Origin: an uncultured Clostridia bacterium | GTDB lineage: Bacteria; Bacillota; Clostridia; Christensenellales; Borkfalkiaceae | Assembly (NCBI GenBank): GCA_944368635.1 | Contig: CALVXA010000001.1 | Coordinates: 1-59,735 of the forward strand | DNA: 59,735 nt | Reading direction: 5' to 3' | Shown: positions 55,779 through 59,735 of the stretch, in pieces | Layout: each line of letters opens with the position of its first letter | Position numbering within the stretch: position 1 is the stretch's first letter | The notes under the pieces: generated by a model | What the model was told of the DNA's origin: nothing | Seen by the model: the letters and a program-made list of their open reading frames with translations, nothing else | Database searches by the model: none | Made by a program: the position numbers and the translations under genes

Positions 55779-57164
55779 ATGGAAAGAATCATAATACATT
55801 CCGACCTGAATAATTTTTACGCCTCCGTGGAGAGAAAGCTGCACCCCGAACTCAAGGGCGTACCCGTAGCCGTATGCGGCAACAGGGAGGAGCGCAGGGG
55901 CATAGTGCTTGCAAAGAGCGAGGAGGCGAAAAAGTGCGGAGTAAAGACGGGCGAAGCCGTGTGGCAGGCGCAGAAAAAGTGCCCGGATCTCGTGATAGTC
56001 AAACCGCATTTCGACGAGTATATGCGGTATTCCCGCCTTGCCAGGGGCATTTACGCGCGCTATACCGACAGAATAGAGAGTTATGGCATTGACGAATGTT
56101 GGCTGGACGTCAGCGATTCCATAAAGATTTTTTCGCCGTTCGACGGACAGATGTATACGGGCGAAGGGGACGGGAGACACTATTCGGATGAGTTCCTCCG
56201 CCATATCGGCGACGAAGTGCGCAACGCCGTGAAGGACGAGCTGGGAATCACTGTCTCCTGCGGGGTTTCCTTCAACAAGGTATTCGCAAAGCTGGGTTCC
56301 GACCTGAAAAAACCCGACGGAACTTCCGTAATCTCGCTGGCAAGGTACAGGGACGTCGTATACGGCCTGCCCGTCACAGACCTTCTTATGGTAGGCGGTG
56401 CTACGGGCGCAAAGCTTAAGAGGATGGGCTATACCACGATAGGGCGTCTGGCAGCCGCTGACGACAAGCGCATTGTCGCACAATTCGGAAAGTTCGGGCG
56501 CACTCTGCTCACCTATGCCCGCGGAGAGGACGATTCCGCCGTGGCGACCGTCGGCGAGGGGAGAGAGCTTAAGTCCATAGGCAATTCCATGACCATGCCC
56601 AAGGATCTGACCACAGTGGGCGAGGTGGAGCGGGCGCTGTACGTTATTGCCGAAAGCGTGGCGGCGCGTCTGCGCGCTTCGGGCGAGGGGCTTGCCGATA
56701 CCGTTCACCTGTGGGTGCGCGACGGCAGTCTGAACAGCTTCACCGTGCAGAAAAAGGTAAGGCACACCGCGCTGTGCGGGGAAATCGCCGCGCACGCGAT
56801 ATCGCTTTTCAAGGGCAAGTTCGCTCCGCCTTTCAAAATACGCGCGCTGGGCATAACCGTGTCTGGCTTTGACGGCGGCGCTTCGCAGCTCACCTTTGAC
56901 GAGGCGGCCGGCAACTATGCCAAGCGCGAAAGGGTGGAACGCTGCATAGACGAAATACGCAAAAAACACGGCTATGCCTCCGTTCAGCGCGGAATAGTGG
57001 CGGAAGACCCGACGGAAATGCACAACGACCTGAAGGGCACTCACCTCATAAAGCCCGCGCGCTTCGAGGACGGGGAGGAACTTATGGAAGGCTTGGGACC
57101 AGACGGGGAGGGCGACTTCCCGCCCGACGCGTTTGCAGGTTTTTCCCCTGACGGCGACGACTGA
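55779..57164 (+). CDS. dinB: Y-family DNA polymerase (Pol IV / UmuC-YqjW-like)
   Basis: MERIIIHSDLNNFYASVE N-terminus, SCGVSFNKVFAKLGSDLKKPDG, internal QLTFD clamp-like motif, acidic C-terminal tail. The tracked upstream ATG at 55734 has no homology support. Confidence 0.9.
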   Translation: MERIIIHSDLNNFYASVERKLHPELKGVPVAVCGNREERRGIVLAKSEEAKKCGVKTGEAVWQAQKKCPDLVIVKPHFDEYMRYSRLARGIYARYTDRIESYGIDECWLDVSDSIKIFSPFDGQMYTGEGDGRHYSDEFLRHIGDEVRNAVKDELGITVSCGVSFNKVFAKLGSDLKKPDGTSVISLARYRDVVYGLPVTDLLMVGGATGAKLKRMGYTTIGRLAAADDKRIVAQFGKFGRTLLTYARGEDDSAVATVGEGRELKSIGNSMTMPKDLTTVGEVERALYVIAESVAARLRASGEGLADTVHLWVRDGSLNSFTVQKKVRHTALCGEIAAHAISLFKGKFAPPFKIRALGITVSGFDGGASQLTFDEAAGNYAKRERVERCIDEIRKKHGYASVQRGIVAEDPTEMHNDLKGTHLIKPARFEDGEELMEGLGPDGEGDFPPDAFAGFSPDGDD

Positions 57165-57186
57165 CCGAAAGTCGGACGGAATAATA

Positions 57187-57227
57187 TCGCGCGACGGACT
57201 GCAAAAATGTTGCCGTCCATCGCGCGA
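57187..57227 (+). terminator. Probable stem-loop terminator
   Basis: TCGCGCGACGGACTGC / GCCGTCCATCGCGCGA 16-nt stem with 2 mismatches and a weak T tail. Confidence 0.45.
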
Positions 57228-57335
57228 ATTGGTATTTGTCAGTCGTTCATAAGTACAAATCGGACAAGGCTTTAGTTATAAGATGTGCTTATATTTTGTA
57301 TTCAACTTTCGAAATGCATAAAAGCCCGTTAAAAG

Positions 57336-57364
57336 TTGACAATCAGCCGCAATGTCACTATAAT
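57336..57364 (+). promoter_or_regulatory. Consensus sigma-A promoter for glutamine synthetase
   Basis: TTGACA (57336-57341), 17 nt, TATAAT (57359-57364). About 75-nt leader. Confidence 0.7.
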
Positions 57365-57443
57365 TTCACTTGTAAATCTCGGGTGCGCTGCCAGAGTGCG
57401 GCTTCAGAGAAAATTATAGTATAACGGAACAGGAGTAAACAAG

Positions 57444-59525
57444 ATGAATCTTCCTCAGATGTTCGGTGAAAACGTATTCAACGATCAGGTGCAAAAGGAA
57501 ACTCTGCCCAGCGAAGTATATAAGCTTTTAAGGGCGACAATCGAATCCGGCAAGCCCCTCGACGTGTCCATAGCAGGTACCGTCGCTTCTGCAATGAAGA
57601 AGTGGGCGGTAAGCAAGGGCGCAACGCACTATACGCACTGGTTCCAGCCCCTTACGGGTCTTACGGCTGAAAAGCACGACAGCTTTATAGAGCCGGAGGG
57701 CGACAAGGTCATAATGCGCCTTACGGGCAAGAGCCTGATAGTCGGCGAACCCGACGCGTCTTCCTTCCCCTCGGGCGGTTCCCGCGCGACATACATGGCA
57801 AGGGGCTATACGGCATGGGACCCCACTTCCCCCGCATTTGTAAAGGAAGGCACGCTTTACATACCCACTATATTCGTCTCCTACACGGGCGAAACGCTTG
57901 ACAAGAAGTCGCCCCTGCTTCGCTCCATGACGGCAATCGACAAGCAGGCAAAGAGGGTACTGTCTCTGTTCGGAAAGACCTGCAAGAAGGTTTCCACTAC
58001 GGTAGGCCCCGAACAGGAATACTTCCTCATCGACGAGGACGTGTACGAAAAGAGGAAGGACCTCAAGCTGTGCGGCAGGACGCTGTTCGGCGCGCCCGTC
58101 ACCAGAGGACAGGAGCTTGAGGACCACTATTTCGGAATGCTCAAGCCCAGAATAGTTGAATATATGCACGACCTCGACAAGGAGCTGTGGTCTTTCGGCA
58201 TACTCTCCAAGACCAAGCACAACGAGGTTGCCCCCGCACAGCACGAAATGGCGCCCGTATTCGGCACCACAAACGTGGCTGTAGACCACAATATGCTCAC
58301 TATGGAGATAATGAAGAAGGTTGCGCACAAGCATCACCTTGCCTGCCTTCTGCACGAAAAGCCCTTCCGCGGCATAAACGGCTCCGGCAAGCACAACAAC
58401 TGGTCGCTTTCCACCGACAGCGGTTTCAATCTGCTCAATCCCGGCGACGAACCGGAGAGCAACACGCTCTTCAAGCTCACGCTGGCAGCAGTCATCAAGT
58501 CGGTTGACGACTATCAGGGCATACTCAGGGCGTCCGTTGCCTCTGCCGGCAACGACCACAGACTTGGCGCAAACGAAGCTCCCCCCGCAATCATCTCCAT
58601 CTACCTCGGCGACCAGCTCGGCGCACTGGTAGACAGCATAATAAACGACAAGAATTACGTCCCCGTAAAGGCTGAAAAGGGTTCGATAGGCGTTCCCGAA
58701 TCGCCCATCTTCCCCAAGGATGCGACGGACAGAAACAGAACTTCGCCCTTTGCGTTCACGGGTAACAAGTTCGAGTTCAGAATGCTCGGTTCGCAGGCAA
58801 ACGTTGCCGATGCAAACATCGTGCTCAATACGATAGTTGCGGACGCATTTGAACAGTTCGCCGACGAGCTGGAGGGCAAGGCCGACATCGGGAAGGCTGC
58901 AGATGCGATAATCAAGAGGGAACTCAAGGCGCATCGCCGCATAATCTTCAACGAGGACGGCTATGGCCCCGAATGGGAGCCCGAAGCAATGAGAAGGGGA
59001 CTGCTCAACAACAAGAACACGGCAGACGCCGTTCCCGTATGCTTCGAGGAGAAGAATATAGACGTGTTCGTGCGCCAGGGCGTATATACCAAGGAAGAGG
59101 CTGTCGCCCGCGCCGACATACAGCTTGAAAACTACACCAAGACAATAAACATAGAGGCGCTTACAATGCTGGAGATGGTCAAGAGGGACATAATCCCCGC
59201 CGTTTCCGACTATGTGGCAGATCTCTGCGCCAATGTTGCAGCAAAGAAAGCCGTATGCGAGGAAATTCCCTGCACGGGCGAGAAAGAAGTCATCATGCAG
59301 CTTTCCACCCTCAACGACGAAGTTTCCGCGCTCGTTACAAAGCTCGAAGGACTGCTTGCGGGCATCGATATGTCTGATGTAAGCGGGGCTTCGCAGGCAA
59401 TGGCGCACAAGGTCATTCCTTTAATGGAGGAGATGAGGTCGAAAGTAGACAAGATGGAGACGCTGACCTCTTCCGACTACTGGCCTTATCCCACATATTA
59501 CGATATGCTTTACAGCGTAAACTGA
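57444..59525 (+). CDS. glnN: Glutamine synthetase type III
   Basis: 693 aa. GSIII-type N-terminus (MFGENVFND...LPSEVYKLL) and catalytic core blocks ([28 protein letters not shown]). Confidence 0.9.
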   Translation: MNLPQMFGENVFNDQVQKETLPSEVYKLLRATIESGKPLDVSIAGTVASAMKKWAVSKGATHYTHWFQPLTGLTAEKHDSFIEPEGDKVIMRLTGKSLIVGEPDASSFPSGGSRATYMARGYTAWDPTSPAFVKEGTLYIPTIFVSYTGETLDKKSPLLRSMTAIDKQAKRVLSLFGKTCKKVSTTVGPEQEYFLIDEDVYEKRKDLKLCGRTLFGAPVTRGQELEDHYFGMLKPRIVEYMHDLDKELWSFGILSKTKHNEVAPAQHEMAPVFGTTNVAVDHNMLTMEIMKKVAHKHHLACLLHEKPFRGINGSGKHNNWSLSTDSGFNLLNPGDEPESNTLFKLTLAAVIKSVDDYQGILRASVASAGNDHRLGANEAPPAIISIYLGDQLGALVDSIINDKNYVPVKAEKGSIGVPESPIFPKDATDRNRTSPFAFTGNKFEFRMLGSQANVADANIVLNTIVADAFEQFADELEGKADIGKAADAIIKRELKAHRRIIFNEDGYGPEWEPEAMRRGLLNNKNTADAVPVCFEEKNIDVFVRQGVYTKEEAVARADIQLENYTKTINIEALTMLEMVKRDIIPAVSDYVADLCANVAAKKAVCEEIPCTGEKEVIMQLSTLNDEVSALVTKLEGLLAGIDMSDVSGASQAMAHKVIPLMEEMRSKVDKMETLTSSDYWPYPTYYDMLYSVN

Positions 59526-59550
59526 TAAAGAACATACCGCTCTCTCACGT

Positions 59551-59582
59551 AAGGGGCGCGCGCATTCATGCGTGCGCCCCTT
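59551..59582 (+). terminator. Stem-loop terminator
   Basis: AAGGGGCGCGCGCAT / ATGCGTGCGCCCCTT long stem with one G-T pair. Confidence 0.7.
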
Positions 59583-59596
59583 CAGATTTTAACCAC

Positions 59597-59632
59597 AAAT
59601 AAAGCCTGCCAAATTTATGGCAGGCTTTATTT
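59597..59632. terminator. Second, bidirectional terminator
   Basis: AAATAAAGCCTGCCA / TGGCAGGCTTTATTT perfect 15-bp stem that includes A/T runs. Confidence 0.7.
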
Positions 59633-59735
59633 GAGACAACCACTGGCTATGCCAGTGGAAAGAACTTTAGATTTAGGCAATTGACATAAAAAACTCCGCT
59701 AAGTAAGATAAAAGCGGCTAGCGACCGTAAATCAA

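Noticed and set aside
57235-57262. TnrA/GlnR-type site (TGTNA-N7-TNACA) upstream of glnN: TTTGTCAGTCGTTCATAAGTACAAA.
   Set aside because: The arm spacing does not fit the 17-bp consensus. Only short TTTGT/ACAAA arms pair, and the site lies about 75 nt upstream of the -35.
59640-59735. Hairpin CCACTGG-ctatg-CCAGTGG and AT-rich sequence at the window end, considered as a possible IS or tRNA edge.
   Set aside because: There is too little sequence before the window ends, and no tRNA-like T-arm or transposase remnant is visible.

Overview
This 59.7-kb window looks like chromosome from a spore-forming Clostridia-class Firmicute. Supporting marks are spoIVA, a T-box leader, sigma-E-like and sigma-G-like promoters, and Gram-positive lipoboxes. 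Coding density is high, mostly on the + strand. I found no rRNA, tRNA or CRISPR array.

Gene content in order:
- Two paralogous GH30 glycosidases flanking a lipoprotein.
- An AT-richer accessory stretch (about 4.8-12.9 kb). It holds a decayed IS200/IS605 tnpA relic, hsp20, a histidine phosphatase, XRE regulators with a clear operator/promoter, small membrane and zinc-ribbon proteins, ybaK, a DUF5131-MarR-radical-SAM operon and a LysR regulator.
- A GH32 fructan/sucrose utilisation locus: solute-binding protein (SBP), DUF624 protein, surface lipoprotein, two GH32 enzymes, fructokinase and an MsmX-type ATPase. Its only permease is an unusual chimera.
- cobB, an orphan Wzz-like protein and a patatin.
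- An ECF sigma/anti-sigma pair with a divergent lipoprotein that is a paralog of the anti-sigma sensor domain.
- A T-box-controlled trpDCFBA operon without trpEG.
- Several esterases and an ATP-grasp protein.
- A disrupted zinc-ribbon/TM gene set, then spoIVA and serCA.
- A 952-aa acidic repeat protein.
- RNase J with a basic N-terminal extension.
- A trmR-like methyltransferase, a U32 peptidase and aroA.
- A Y-family polymerase and a type III glutamine synthetase.

I did not recognise a canonical defence or mobile system. The most unusual items are:
- the cyclophilin-like::permease fusion;
- the duplicated anti-sigma sensor domain;
- the DUF5131/radical-SAM operon;
- the in-frame TAG (and possible frameshift) in the zinc-ribbon/TM cluster;
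- the giant repeat protein.

Motif coordinates were located by hand and may be off by 1-2 nt.
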